Numbered from the stretch's first letter, positions 10,568 through 20,598 are shown. The stretch: 47,128 nucleotides of DNA from an uncultured bacterium (GCA_964619725.1 CAZUFC010000064.1:1-47128); one strand, 5' to 3'. A program made the numbers and translations. Notes: a model not told the origin generated them from the letters alone.

Positions 10568-11611
10568 ATGAACGCAGAATCATCAAATTCGCGATTGTTG
10601 GACATCCGAAACATGAAAAAATATTTCCCCGTAACGAAGGGAGTCTTTTCCAAGGTACACGCCTGGGTTAAAGCCGTCGACGGAATTTCGTTCTACATCA
10701 AAAAAGGCGAGACGCTGGGTCTGGTGGGCGAAAGCGGATGCGGCAAAACCACAGCGGGACGTTGCATTCTAAGGCTGATCGAACCGACTGAGGGAGAAGT
10801 CCTTTTCGACGGAACAGACCTTCTCGAATTGAATAAAAAACAGATGAGAAGAATGAGACGCCAGTTGCAGATCATCTTTCAGGACCCTTATTCATCCCTT
10901 AATCCCAGAATGACCGTAGGAAACATCATCGGCGAAGCCATCTCCATTCATAAACTGGCGAAAGGAAAAGAAAAAGAAGATCGTATCAAGGAGTTGCTCA
11001 AGGTCGTCGGACTGGACCCTTCTCATATCAGACGTTATCCTCATGAATTCAGCGGCGGACAGCGACAGAGAATCGGCATAGCCAGAGCCCTGGCAGTCGA
11101 TCCGAAATTGATAATCGCAGACGAACCAGTCTCGGCCCTGGACGTCTCCATTCAAGCTCAAGTCATTAACCTGTTGATGGAACTTCAGGAAAAATTTGAT
11201 TTGACATACCTTTTTATCGCTCACGATCTCAGCGTCGTGGAACACATCAGTAATCGCGTAGCCGTGATGTACCTCGGGAAACTTATGGAACTAGCCGCCG
11301 GAAGAGAACTTTACGACAACCCGTTGCATCCATATTCCCAGGCTTTGCTTTCCGCAGTGCCTATTCCTGATCCGACCGCCAGGAAAAAAAGAATCCTGCT
11401 GGAAGGCGATGTTCCAACTCCGATTAATCCGCCTCCGGGATGTCCATTCCATGTCAGGTGCCCCAAGGCAATCGAGATATGCAGTAAAGAGATGCCGGAA
11501 TTTTATGACAGGGGAAACGAGCATTTCGTTGCCTGCCATTTGGTTAAGAGTGGATCGAACGATAGGAGCGGTGCAATAGAAGAACAATTGTCGAAAGACG
11601 GCAACAAATAA
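10568..11611 (+). CDS. oppF: Oligo/dipeptide ABC transporter ATP-binding subunit
   Basis: [52 protein letters not shown]; start ATG 10568 avoids overlap with oppD. Confidence 0.92.
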   Translation: MNAESSNSRLLDIRNMKKYFPVTKGVFSKVHAWVKAVDGISFYIKKGETLGLVGESGCGKTTAGRCILRLIEPTEGEVLFDGTDLLELNKKQMRRMRRQLQIIFQDPYSSLNPRMTVGNIIGEAISIHKLAKGKEKEDRIKELLKVVGLDPSHIRRYPHEFSGGQRQRIGIARALAVDPKLIIADEPVSALDVSIQAQVINLLMELQEKFDLTYLFIAHDLSVVEHISNRVAVMYLGKLMELAAGRELYDNPLHPYSQALLSAVPIPDPTARKKRILLEGDVPTPINPPPGCPFHVRCPKAIEICSKEMPEFYDRGNEHFVACHLVKSGSNDRSGAIEEQLSKDGNK

Positions 11612-11628
11612 CGAGGAGGTTTATTTTA

Positions 11629-12279
11629 ATGCTCACTTTTTTTCAACAATTCAAAATTTTGGAGTTCTTCGACAAGGGCGGACCTGTTATGTGGCCATTG
11701 CTTTTCCTCTCGATTGTAGGATTGGCTTTTATTCTGGAAAGGTTCTGGCATTATCACAAAGTATCCATTAATACTCCCGAATTCCTCGATAAAATCCGCA
11801 AGGTATTAAAACAGAAAAAGATTAAAGAAGCTATTCAGGTTTGCGAGAATTATCGAGGACCGATTGCTTCCATTTTGAAGGCCGGCTTGCTGAAGTACGG
11901 CAAATCGAAAGAAGATATCGAGAAAGCGATAGGGACGAATGCCGGAATCGAAATGAGCCGACTGGAACGCGGATTGATATGGATTGCAACCATCGCTACG
12001 GTAGCGCCTTTGCTGGGATTCCTCGGAACGGTTTCCGGTATGATCAGCGCTTTTGAAACCATCGCTGTTCACGGCTTGAACAATCCGGCGCTTGTCGCAA
12101 TCGGAATTTCCGAGGCATTGATTACGACTGCCAGCGGTCTGGCCATTGCAATACCCATGCATTTGGCTTACAACTATTTCTCCAATCGAGTCGCCAAAAT
12201 CGTGCTTGATATGGAAGAAAGTTCCGGACTGCTGGTGGAATATCTGACGGAAATGGGAGAGGAGCCCACTGCCGCATAA
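11629..12279 (+). CDS. exbB: MotA/TolQ/ExbB proton channel
   Basis: GGPVMWPL, APLLGFLGTVSGMI, GISEALITTASGL; SD GAGGAGG. Confidence 0.92.
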   Translation: MLTFFQQFKILEFFDKGGPVMWPLLFLSIVGLAFILERFWHYHKVSINTPEFLDKIRKVLKQKKIKEAIQVCENYRGPIASILKAGLLKYGKSKEDIEKAIGTNAGIEMSRLERGLIWIATIATVAPLLGFLGTVSGMISAFETIAVHGLNNPALVAIGISEALITTASGLAIAIPMHLAYNYFSNRVAKIVLDMEESSGLLVEYLTEMGEEPTAA

Positions 12280-12300
12280 TAAGGAAAGGAACGCATAATA

Positions 12301-12708
12301 ATGGCTTTTGCAAGTGGAAGACGAGTTAAGGTTCAATCAAAAATCCCCAGTGATTCGATGGCCGATATCGCCTTCCTGCTGATCATTTTCTTCATGGTTT
12401 CTACCACTTTCAGCCAGGACAAAACGACGGTGGACCTGCCAAGAAGCGTGGAACGTCTCGAACTCCCTAAAGGCGGCATGATTATTTCCCTCCAGGATAC
12501 CGGAGAACTCAGGATTGAAGGCGATGAATCGACCATGATGGATGTGCAGCCGGCTGCCCGTCAGGAACTCGTCAAGAATTCCGAAAAATATTTCGTCCTG
12601 AAAATCGATGAAAAAGTGAAATATTATATGGTGGACAGGATACTCGACGAACTACGAAGCGCCGGCGCCAAGAATCTCAGTTTCCCTACTCTACAAGAAA
12701 TGGATTAG
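12301..12708 (+). CDS. exbD: ExbD/TolR family protein
   Basis: SMADIAFLLIIFFMV with the conserved TM Asp. Confidence 0.9.
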   Translation: MAFASGRRVKVQSKIPSDSMADIAFLLIIFFMVSTTFSQDKTTVDLPRSVERLELPKGGMIISLQDTGELRIEGDESTMMDVQPAARQELVKNSEKYFVLKIDEKVKYYMVDRILDELRSAGAKNLSFPTLQEMD

Positions 12709-12800
12709 CAGGAGTGAGGAGGTGAAAAGTTTTTCATCCTATTGAGACCGTCCCGGAATAGACTGGAGCGGATGCTGAACATGGATGAGAACGAACAATT

Positions 12801-13232
12801 ATGAGAATCAAAACAAAATTAAAAAGAACCGAAGGCATCCCCAATGATTCTCTGGCTGACATCGCCTTTCTGTTGATCATCTTTTTTATGGTGACGACGG
12901 CGTTTGCGGCGAGAAAAGGCATTGATTTCCAGTTACCCAAACAGGAAAAAACGCAGAATATGGATACCGAACAAATCGAATCCACTTTGATTCATATAAC
13001 CGACAGCGGCCGACTGCTGGTGGACGATCGACCTTTGAACCTGGAGGACATTCAACCCTATCTCATGCCCAAACTGGCTGTTAATCCTAAAAAATTCGTC
13101 ATTATTCAGACTGACGATGAAGCCGCATACGGTGATATGATAGACGTTCTTGATGAGCTGAAGCAGGCGAATGTGCAGAACATAGTGCTGCCTACGAAGG
13201 CCGAGATAGCATCCTGGGGAGATTATTTGTGA
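12801..13232 (+). CDS. exbD: ExbD/TolR family protein (second copy)
   Basis: SLADIAFLLIIFFMVTT; AAYGDMIDVLDEL. Confidence 0.9.
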   Translation: MRIKTKLKRTEGIPNDSLADIAFLLIIFFMVTTAFAARKGIDFQLPKQEKTQNMDTEQIESTLIHITDSGRLLVDDRPLNLEDIQPYLMPKLAVNPKKFVIIQTDDEAAYGDMIDVLDELKQANVQNIVLPTKAEIASWGDYL

Positions 13233-13263
13233 TGCTTTATTTTGTACCGGGAGGAGATGCCTT

Positions 13264-13968
13264 ATGAGCAATTTCTACGAAGAGGTGGAAAAAGATAAGG
13301 AAATCCGAAGTATTGAAGATAAAAAACGCGTGGAACGGATGCTCCTTTTTTCCATTTTGTTTCATATTCTCTTGATTTACGTTGTGTTTCCTGAATTCGG
13401 CGGCGCTGAAATAATTCAGGGACCCCAAAGGAAGGTCGTCACTGTCCGAAGACTGCCGCCGCCCAGAACCGAGGAGAAAACGCCTCCCAAAACGCGAAAA
13501 AGAGAAGTCAGAAAAAAACGAGCCGTCGCCAAACCGATTCCGGACCCTACGCCCAATGAACCTGAAATGGAATATGAGTTCGATTTTGAACCCGAAGTCG
13601 AAGAAGATATTATACCGCCTGATGCGATCGTTATTTTCGGCGACCCTGAAGGACCTCCGGCTCCCGATGCTGAAGGCCCCATCAGGATGACCAGCGATGT
13701 GGTAAGACCAAAAATAATCAAAAGGGTCGACCCGGTCTATCCTGAGCTGGCGAGACAGGCAGGCATTCAGGGGGTAGTTATCGTGGAAGCCGTCATAAGT
13801 AAGACGGGAAAAGTGACGGATGCGAAGGTGTTAAGAGGATTGGGAAAGAGCGGGTTGGACGAAGCGGCGATCAATGCCGTGTTGCAATGGGAATTTACGC
13901 CCGCAACACTTAACGGCATACCCATAGACGTTTATATGACGCTGACCGTCCAATTTAAGCTCAATTAG
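13264..13968 (+). CDS. tonB: Energy transducer TonB
   Basis: TM with SxxxH (SILFH), Pro-rich linker, C-terminal PVYPELARQAGIQGVV..LDEAAINAVLQWEFTPA. Confidence 0.9.
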   Translation: MSNFYEEVEKDKEIRSIEDKKRVERMLLFSILFHILLIYVVFPEFGGAEIIQGPQRKVVTVRRLPPPRTEEKTPPKTRKREVRKKRAVAKPIPDPTPNEPEMEYEFDFEPEVEEDIIPPDAIVIFGDPEGPPAPDAEGPIRMTSDVVRPKIIKRVDPVYPELARQAGIQGVVIVEAVISKTGKVTDAKVLRGLGKSGLDEAAINAVLQWEFTPATLNGIPIDVYMTLTVQFKLN

Positions 13969-14069
13969 TCAGCCCATTTTTACACCGGCATTTTTTGCTC
14001 GGCATGATGGAACGGACAGGCGCTGGATGAATTGAGCGAAAGGACGCCAGAGACTCTACATATAAACGG

Positions 14070-14124
14070 CCGGATTTCTCATCTTATCTCCTGAATTTCT
14101 TCGGAGATAAGATGGGAAATCCGG
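14070..14124. repeat. 22-bp inverted repeat (strong hairpin) between tonB and the ECF sigma gene
   Basis: CCGGATTTCTCATCTTATCTCC / GGAGATAAGATGGGAAATCCGG, one G-U pair, 11-nt loop, no U-tract on the + strand. Confidence 0.75.
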
Positions 14125-14280
14125 GAAACGGTTGAATAAAAACCGCAAATGTTATCTTTTTGCATGCCGGCATTTTCAGAGCAGGAACCGGAAACTCGTT
14201 TATCGGCATGGCTTAAGAAAGTCTTTACTTTTTGCAGTGTAATCGTTTAAATATGAAGAAAGTATTGGAGCGAAGCGTCT

Positions 14281-14967
14281 ATGGGGAAGCCTAAAAAGAA
14301 ACGCAGCAAAGCAGATTCGGTAGCGGAATCGATTGATTCATTCAGCGACGAAAGATTGCTGAGATGCATCCTGTCGAGAGACGAAGCGCCGGATGTAGCG
14401 CGGCGGGCATTTGAAGAACTTTTTTCTCGATATTGCCGAATCTGCCTTCATCACAATTATCGTATGCTTCATTCAGGCAAGCGTTCAGCCAAAAGAGCTC
14501 TTGCGGAATCGGAAGATATAGTCCAGCAGAAATTTATGAAGCTGTTGAAGCTGGAAAATTTTGATTTCAGGGAGGTCCCGGGACGGAAAAGCGGCGCTGT
14601 GGTCAGAGTATTCTTATTTCGCATCGACCATAATGACTGCATTAATTTCATAAAGCGAAGCCGGCGCATGGTGGAGTTTGAAGACCCTGATGTTGAAAGA
14701 TGGGAATGCGCTTTGTTCCAGGCGGGATATGGAGAAACAGACGTTCCGGATGAAGCGGCAGTAAAAAAAGAGCAGGAAGAACATCTTGCTGAGGCGCTGG
14801 AAACGCTTTCACCGGCTCAGAAAAGCGCTGTCGTATATTGGTCCCGGGGATACAGTTACCGTGAAATTGCCGATTTTATGGGGAAAACGCAGACTCAAAT
14901 CAGAGGATATATCACGCACGGATTGAAAAACTTAAGAGAACAATTTGACCGGTATTATGAGAGATAA
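14281..14967 (+). CDS. ECF-type RNA polymerase sigma-70 factor
   Basis: AFEELFSRY, SEDIVQQKF, FLFRIDHNDCINFIKR (region 2); LETLSPAQK..GYSYREIADFMG (region 4). Confidence 0.85.
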   Translation: MGKPKKKRSKADSVAESIDSFSDERLLRCILSRDEAPDVARRAFEELFSRYCRICLHHNYRMLHSGKRSAKRALAESEDIVQQKFMKLLKLENFDFREVPGRKSGAVVRVFLFRIDHNDCINFIKRSRRMVEFEDPDVERWECALFQAGYGETDVPDEAAVKKEQEEHLAEALETLSPAQKSAVVYWSRGYSYREIADFMGKTQTQIRGYITHGLKNLREQFDRYYER

Positions 14968-15003
14968 CAAAGGAATGTCGAATTCGTTCGCCAGGCGTTT
15001 ATT

Positions 15004-15750
15004 TTATTGAATTTTTTTAGCTTCATAATCGTCCAATTCTCCCATGGCTTTCCGATAACATGAAGGACACAAGCCGTGCGAGAAACGGGCATCGGTATGA
15101 TCTGAGATATAAGCTTCCATCCTTGTCCAAAGTCCTTTATCGTCGCGTATTTTTTTGCACTGCGCACATATAGGCAGGAGTCCCTGCAGAGTTTTGACTT
15201 CTGCTAAAGCTTTTTCCAGTGATGCTGTTTTTTCATTTACGAGATCGAGATATCGGCTGTTGCGCAGGGCTATAGCGGCCAGTTCGCCGAAAACTGAGGC
15301 GATTTCGGCATCTTCGTCTGTGAAATCCGAAGATTTGTTCGCTAATCCGATGATTCCTACCGTTTTTCTTTCTATATTCAAAGGCGCAAAAAGGACGTTC
15401 TTCATTTCTACATGTCCCTCAGGCAGGTATTGCACCCAATCAGCATTCATAAAATCATTTTCGTATACTGTCTTATGCGTTTTATACGCTTCAGCTCGCA
15501 GCCCCCGGATCGGCATGGGCAGCTCCGGGTCAACGGAACAGGGCTTTCCGCCTGATTCCAGAAAAAGCACTTCATTTTCCTGTCCGTCTTCGCTGAGCAG
15601 CGCCACGTATCCGGAAACCGCACCGGTCAATTCCCGACATAGATCAAAAATGGATCGTGCGCATTCACTGAAGGTTTGCTTTTCCAGTATAACGCGTGCT
15701 GCCTTGACGACTGCGTTTAATTTTATTTCTGCGGAAAAGGAGTTTTTCAA
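15004..15750 (-). CDS. GAF-domain protein with C-terminal Cys-rich (CxxC..SHGxCxxC) module
   Basis: GAF (LFAPL..VGIIGLANK..FTDED), coiled coil, LPICAQCKKIRD..FSHGLCPSC; TTG start after AAGGAG. Confidence 0.85.
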   Translation of the reverse strand: MKNSFSAEIKLNAVVKAARVILEKQTFSECARSIFDLCRELTGAVSGYVALLSEDGQENEVLFLESGGKPCSVDPELPMPIRGLRAEAYKTHKTVYENDFMNADWVQYLPEGHVEMKNVLFAPLNIERKTVGIIGLANKSSDFTDEDAEIASVFGELAAIALRNSRYLDLVNEKTASLEKALAEVKTLQGLLPICAQCKKIRDDKGLWTRMEAYISDHTDARFSHGLCPSCYRKAMGELDDYEAKKIQ

Positions 15751-16144
15751 TTTAATCTATCTCCTTGATCAGTTTCCATTTCATTAACCCCCTCACAGCA
15801 AAATCCGGAATCATATAGTCTGGGAACTGCTTTTTTACTTTAACGATGCGACCGGGAATCCTACAACCCCCGGATAATATAACAGTCTGTTAATGATTTT
15901 TCAATTACTCGGCCTGGATTCTCTTCCCCACACTCTTGAAAGCCATCAAAGTATAGAAGAATCCACATCTTTTCCGTTTAGAATGACATCATGTTCGGGA
16001 TCACGAAAAAATCTGCAGACGCTTGATAAGATTGGTTTTATAAGTATAATATCAATAACCGGATTTTCCGGAAAAGCGGCTGAACAAGCAGGAAAGCATA
16101 GCGGAGAAACATCAGCAAAATATCGATTAAAGGAGAAATGCGCT

Positions 16145-18937
16145 ATGCGTAAGGCAACCGGGATTCGTTTTCGAAAAACGCCTTTTTTTGTTTTCTACCT
16201 GTTATCTTTGACGTTTAATATTACGGGAGCGTCCGGAACAACCGTTTTAATTAATGAAATACACACCGGATGTCCGGATTGGGTCGAATTGGTTAATGCG
16301 GGAAACCAGCCCATTGATATTTCAGGATGGAGATTGAGGTGTTGGTGGAAAGGGCTGGAAACGTTTCAGATGGAGGAGCAGTATGTATTTCCTGAAGGTT
16401 GCGTTTTGCAACCCGGAGAATTCACCCTGGTGACGGATGAGCCTGTTTTTTGCTGCGATTCCTTTCATTTAAGCGTTTTCACCTGGTCCGACATGGAGGG
16501 CATATGTTGCGTTTTGGAGACTAAAGCAGGCGCCGGCATTGATTCGTTAGTGGTTTCCGGAATGACGGGCACGCCCGCTATCGAGTTGCCTGGAGGCGCT
16601 GAGTTTGATCCTCCATATCCTCAACGATACTATGGAAACGATTTTCATCGAAACGGATGGACGGATACTGATTCGGGAGCGGATTGGAAATGCTGTAATT
16701 TCACATCCCCCTGCGAGCCGAATCCGGGACAATTAGAATACACTCCGGGGCCTGAGCCGGTGCCCGCAGCAGGTAAAGCCGGTATAACCCTCTTGCTTTT
16801 GCTCTTTTCCATTTTCATTATGATAAAAAGCACGCGTCGGGTTTCGATAATAAATTTAATCCTTTTTTCGATTTCTGCAACTGTAGCGCATTCCGTCAAG
16901 GCTGAATTTGCAAGCGATCGCGTCGTTATAGCGATAGCGGACGGGATAAGATTCGAAGATGCCCTGGAATCGGACACTTTCGACGTCATGCCCAATATTA
17001 ACTTTGAATTACGGGAAAAGGGAACTTTTTGCAGATATTTCTACAATAACGGGCTGACCATAACCACTGCAGCCCATATCGCACTCTTGACCGGCGTCTA
17101 TATTCCCAAACCCAACAACAGAATTTCAAGAGACAGCGTTTTTCCTGAATACCCGACTATTTTTGAATATTTTCGGGGGAAGCTGCAGGAGCAGGGAGTA
17201 CCGTTGGAGGAATCCCGGACGCGAGTATGCCAGATATACGGAAAGCAGGTGGAATGCAATAATATGGCTTACAGTCTTCATCCGGCGTACGGACCGGAAT
17301 ACGCCGGGCGCATACGTTTTCCCGGCTGGGAATCAGGAGACACGGGTCCGCATCAGGATACAAGGGCTTACTTGACTGCTTTGGAAGAAATGGACGCGAA
17401 TCATCCTGAGCTGCTGCTGATCAATTTTGCTCAAACAGACCAGCGTGGACATTACGGAGTTCGGCAAAACTATGAATATTCTCTCCGCAAATTCGACGAA
17501 TACGCTCATGCGCTGTGGAAGCGCATACAGACGGACGAGTTTTATAAAAACAGGACGACGATGTTCATTTTAACGGATCACGGCAGGCATGACGATCAGC
17601 ATTCCGGCTTCAGGCATCATGGATGTCCATGCCGGGGTTGCAGGCGCGGATTTTTGCTGGCGATTGGTCCTGATACGCCGGAGGGCGCCGTATCCGATAC
17701 TGTCTATGATTACAGAGACTTGAGCGTCACGATCAGTCAAATGCTTGATTTTGAGGTTCCTTTATCCGAGGGCATGTACATGGATGATATTTTTTATTCT
17801 CGATGCAGACGAAAAAAGGAAAAGGGATATGATCCGGAAAGTTTAAGCAGAACCGAAGGCAGATCAAGGCATCCTCAGTTAACGGTATCGGGCGAAAATG
17901 CAGCCGTTGTCTGGATAGACGATACTCCGGGAGACTGGAAGGTAATGTTGAGCAAATCCTCGGACGGCGGAGAAAACTGGTCGGAAGCCTCGGTTTTGCC
18001 GTTAAACCTGGAAAATCAGAAGGTTCAGTGGGCAGATATCGGTTATTGTTCTGACGGAAGGTTGTTTGCTGCCGTTTCTGCTTACGAATCAGCGTCGCCA
18101 GAATCAGATTTTACTTGCTGGAAGGTACATCTGCTTAACGGGCATACCGGCGAAGTATATTGTTCGAGTGAAACGGGACAGATGGGGACGCCTGCAGAAA
18201 TTTTCACCGATGGCCTGTCGATGCAATGCACCTGGTCGTTCATTCATAACAATACGGAACTTCATCCTCCCTATCACGGCAAAGTGAACGTGTTTTTCAA
18301 GGATGCTCCGGGCATACTCTCCAGGGACAGCACAGCAACTGACGAGATGCTCGATCCTGCCTGCCCCGTCATCGTCAGGGACAGCGCGTTCTGTCATTGC
18401 GCTTTCCAGACTTTTCAAGACAGGTACTGGAATATCGGTTACTGCAGATCGACGGATAACGGCCACACATGGGAACCCTTTTCCCTCATGTTCGAATCAG
18501 TCGTGCCCGTTAACGCACATGCGCCGCAACTCGCCGTCGTCGACGATCATGTAGTCCTGATTTACTACAAGAGAAACCTGGAAGACGATCACGGCAATAT
18601 CGTTTATCACGTCAGCACGAATTACGGCGAAAACTGGGAAGAAACCGGGTTGCTCTCACAGGATGATGATGTTTATTATACGACGATGACAAGCGCAAAC
18701 GGCAAAATTGTCGCCGCCTGGTGCAAATTCGACGGTCAGAATTCTTCCCTATGCGCAAAAACTTCCACTGACGGCGGAATTTCCTGGAGCGAGGAAATTG
18801 TCCTGGAGGACGGCCCCGGCCTGCTCGTCGACCCGGATACAGCGCCGGTGGGCAACGATTTGGCCCTCCTGTGGGCCGATCAATCCGATGACAAATCTGA
18901 AATATATTTTAAAATCATTCCAGGGTTGTTTGAATGA
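16145..18937 (+). CDS. Exported multidomain protein: lamin-tail-like domain, internal IPTL-CTERM-like TM, second hydrophobic segment, alkaline-phosphatase-superfamily domain, BNR/Asp-box propeller
   Basis: VLINEI..DWVELVN..IDISGWRL (LTD); IADGIR, TTAAH, TDQRGH, TDHGRH, HH (AlkP-type metal ligands); Asp-boxes SSDGGENW, STDNGHTW, STNYGENW, STDGGISW; start ATG 16145 after AAGGAG (ORF track starts at 15893). Confidence 0.8.
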   Translation: MRKATGIRFRKTPFFVFYLLSLTFNITGASGTTVLINEIHTGCPDWVELVNAGNQPIDISGWRLRCWWKGLETFQMEEQYVFPEGCVLQPGEFTLVTDEPVFCCDSFHLSVFTWSDMEGICCVLETKAGAGIDSLVVSGMTGTPAIELPGGAEFDPPYPQRYYGNDFHRNGWTDTDSGADWKCCNFTSPCEPNPGQLEYTPGPEPVPAAGKAGITLLLLLFSIFIMIKSTRRVSIINLILFSISATVAHSVKAEFASDRVVIAIADGIRFEDALESDTFDVMPNINFELREKGTFCRYFYNNGLTITTAAHIALLTGVYIPKPNNRISRDSVFPEYPTIFEYFRGKLQEQGVPLEESRTRVCQIYGKQVECNNMAYSLHPAYGPEYAGRIRFPGWESGDTGPHQDTRAYLTALEEMDANHPELLLINFAQTDQRGHYGVRQNYEYSLRKFDEYAHALWKRIQTDEFYKNRTTMFILTDHGRHDDQHSGFRHHGCPCRGCRRGFLLAIGPDTPEGAVSDTVYDYRDLSVTISQMLDFEVPLSEGMYMDDIFYSRCRRKKEKGYDPESLSRTEGRSRHPQLTVSGENAAVVWIDDTPGDWKVMLSKSSDGGENWSEASVLPLNLENQKVQWADIGYCSDGRLFAAVSAYESASPESDFTCWKVHLLNGHTGEVYCSSETGQMGTPAEIFTDGLSMQCTWSFIHNNTELHPPYHGKVNVFFKDAPGILSRDSTATDEMLDPACPVIVRDSAFCHCAFQTFQDRYWNIGYCRSTDNGHTWEPFSLMFESVVPVNAHAPQLAVVDDHVVLIYYKRNLEDDHGNIVYHVSTNYGENWEETGLLSQDDDVYYTTMTSANGKIVAAWCKFDGQNSSLCAKTSTDGGISWSEEIVLEDGPGLLVDPDTAPVGNDLALLWADQSDDKSEIYFKIIPGLFE

Positions 18938-18995
18938 TTCGGAACCTTCCAGATTAATGGAAATTTACGATTTGACACATTAAGAAGGAGAAGAA

Positions 18996-20537
18996 ATGAA
19001 AAAAAGTGTGATGACGGTTTTAACGGCAATGATGATCATGTTGACTGGAGTGCATGCGGGGACTATACGGGTACCGGGTGATGAGACGACCATTCAGGCG
19101 GCGCTGGATGCTGCGGTCAACGGCGATACGGTATTGATCGCTGACGGGACTTACACGGGTCCCGAAAACCGGGGACTCGACACACAAGGCAAAGAAGTCT
19201 TCATCACGTCTGAAAACGGCCGTGACTATTGCGTTATTGACTGTGAATCAGCGGATCGAGGATTTCTCCTGGATGACGACGAGACATTGACTTGCCGTAT
19301 TGAGGGCATTACGATTCGCAACGGGTATCGCAGCGGAAACGACGGCTCCGGAGGGGCGATAGAGTGCTACGAGTCTTCACCGAGCATCATCGAGTGTCGA
19401 TTTGAGTTTAATGAAGCTACGAACGGAGCAGCCGTGCGGTGTACGCGGGGCAGCAGCGCGCATATCGAGGGTTGCGAGTTTATTGAAAACGAAGGAACGG
19501 ACGGCGGCGCTGTTCACGTTTCTTCCAATTCTCACCCAACGATCCACGGTTGCATCTTCGAATCAAACTATTGCACCAACGGCGGGGGCATTTATTGCAT
19601 GGAGAATTCATCACCGACAATTTCCAGTTGCATTTTCCAGGAAAATATAGCTACCAACGGCGGCGGCATTGCCTGCGATCATCACTCTTCACCCATCGTG
19701 ATCAACTGCCTGATGGCGAACTGCTCAGCCACCAACGGCGGAGGCGTGTATTGCTCCGATTCCTCGCCATCGCTTATCGCGTGCACCCTGGCCGACAATC
19801 TCGGCACCACGGCAGGCGGGATTTTTTCCTTGAGTTCGAATCCGACGGTGAGCTGTTCTATTATATGGAACGGCGGACGAGACGAGATATCAGGCTCCTG
19901 CCAGGTGACCTATTCTGACGTAAGCGGAGGATGGCCCGGCGCCGGCAACATGGACCAGAATCCTGAGTTCGTACAGGGTCCGGAGACTTCCTACTATCTC
20001 AGTCACATTGCATCCGGGCAGGGTTCGAACAGTCCCTGTATCGATGCCGGGGGAGCTGCTGCGAGTGCGGTCTGCATCACTCTGCCGACAGGCTCCGCAT
20101 GTCTTGATACGCTTTCTACGAGAACTGACGGCGGAGCCGATCAGGGAACGGCTGACCTGGGATATCACCATCCGGCTTCCATTCCGGCTGCGGTATCGCT
20201 GTGGATGCCCGACACCTATTTTACTCCCGGAGAAGATTGCTCCTGCATCGCCACGGTCGAAAACATGACGGACGACACACTGAGCGACCATCCTCTGTTC
20301 GTGATCCTGGATGTTTTCGGCTCCTATTACTTCGGTCCGAGCTTCAGCGATTTCGATTATTACTCCAGAAGTTTCCCGCCCGGCAGTGAAGCCGTCACGG
20401 TCCTTTCTACATTCACGTGGCCGCAGGGAGCCGGCTCAGCCGACGGCCTGATGTGGTACGGAGCGCTGACTAACCGGAATATGACTGCCCTGTTCGGTCT
20501 TTTGGGAACCTGGACCTTCGGTTTCGGAGAGCCCTGA
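18996..20537 (+). CDS. Secreted right-handed parallel beta-helix protein with a ~115-aa C-terminal domain
   Basis: Signal peptide, TIQAALDAA..GDTVLIADGTY cap, repeated NGGGIxC..SSPxIxxC turns, SPCIDAG..DLGYH end, C-terminal MPDTYFTPG..WYGALT..WTFGFG. Confidence 0.85.
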   Translation: MKKSVMTVLTAMMIMLTGVHAGTIRVPGDETTIQAALDAAVNGDTVLIADGTYTGPENRGLDTQGKEVFITSENGRDYCVIDCESADRGFLLDDDETLTCRIEGITIRNGYRSGNDGSGGAIECYESSPSIIECRFEFNEATNGAAVRCTRGSSAHIEGCEFIENEGTDGGAVHVSSNSHPTIHGCIFESNYCTNGGGIYCMENSSPTISSCIFQENIATNGGGIACDHHSSPIVINCLMANCSATNGGGVYCSDSSPSLIACTLADNLGTTAGGIFSLSSNPTVSCSIIWNGGRDEISGSCQVTYSDVSGGWPGAGNMDQNPEFVQGPETSYYLSHIASGQGSNSPCIDAGGAAASAVCITLPTGSACLDTLSTRTDGGADQGTADLGYHHPASIPAAVSLWMPDTYFTPGEDCSCIATVENMTDDTLSDHPLFVILDVFGSYYFGPSFSDFDYYSRSFPPGSEAVTVLSTFTWPQGAGSADGLMWYGALTNRNMTALFGLLGTWTFGFGEP

Positions 20538-20547
20538 GAACAGAAGG

Positions 20548-20598
20548 CAACCAGTCAAATATTTTATGAAAAAGCGCGACCCAGGTTTGATCAGTCCA
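20548..20598 (+). mobile_element. MITE family A, degenerate right-end fragment
   Basis: CAACCAGTCAAATATTTTATGAAAAAGCGCGACCCAGGTTTGATCAGTCCA resembles the right arm of copies at 24750, 39981 and 44103 (..GTCAAAAGTTTTG..CCCGGTTTGATCAGTC). Confidence 0.55.

Noticed and set aside
15155-15787. 210-aa + strand ORF and the many other antisense or alternate-frame ORFs in the track (e.g. 1355-2086, 28154-28708, 28841-29413)
   Set aside because: They overlap well-supported genes and show no recognisable motifs; they are shadow ORFs
15893-16144. 84-codon N-terminal extension of the 1014-aa ORF
   Set aside because: No SD at 15893; AAGGAG precedes 16145 and a signal peptide begins there
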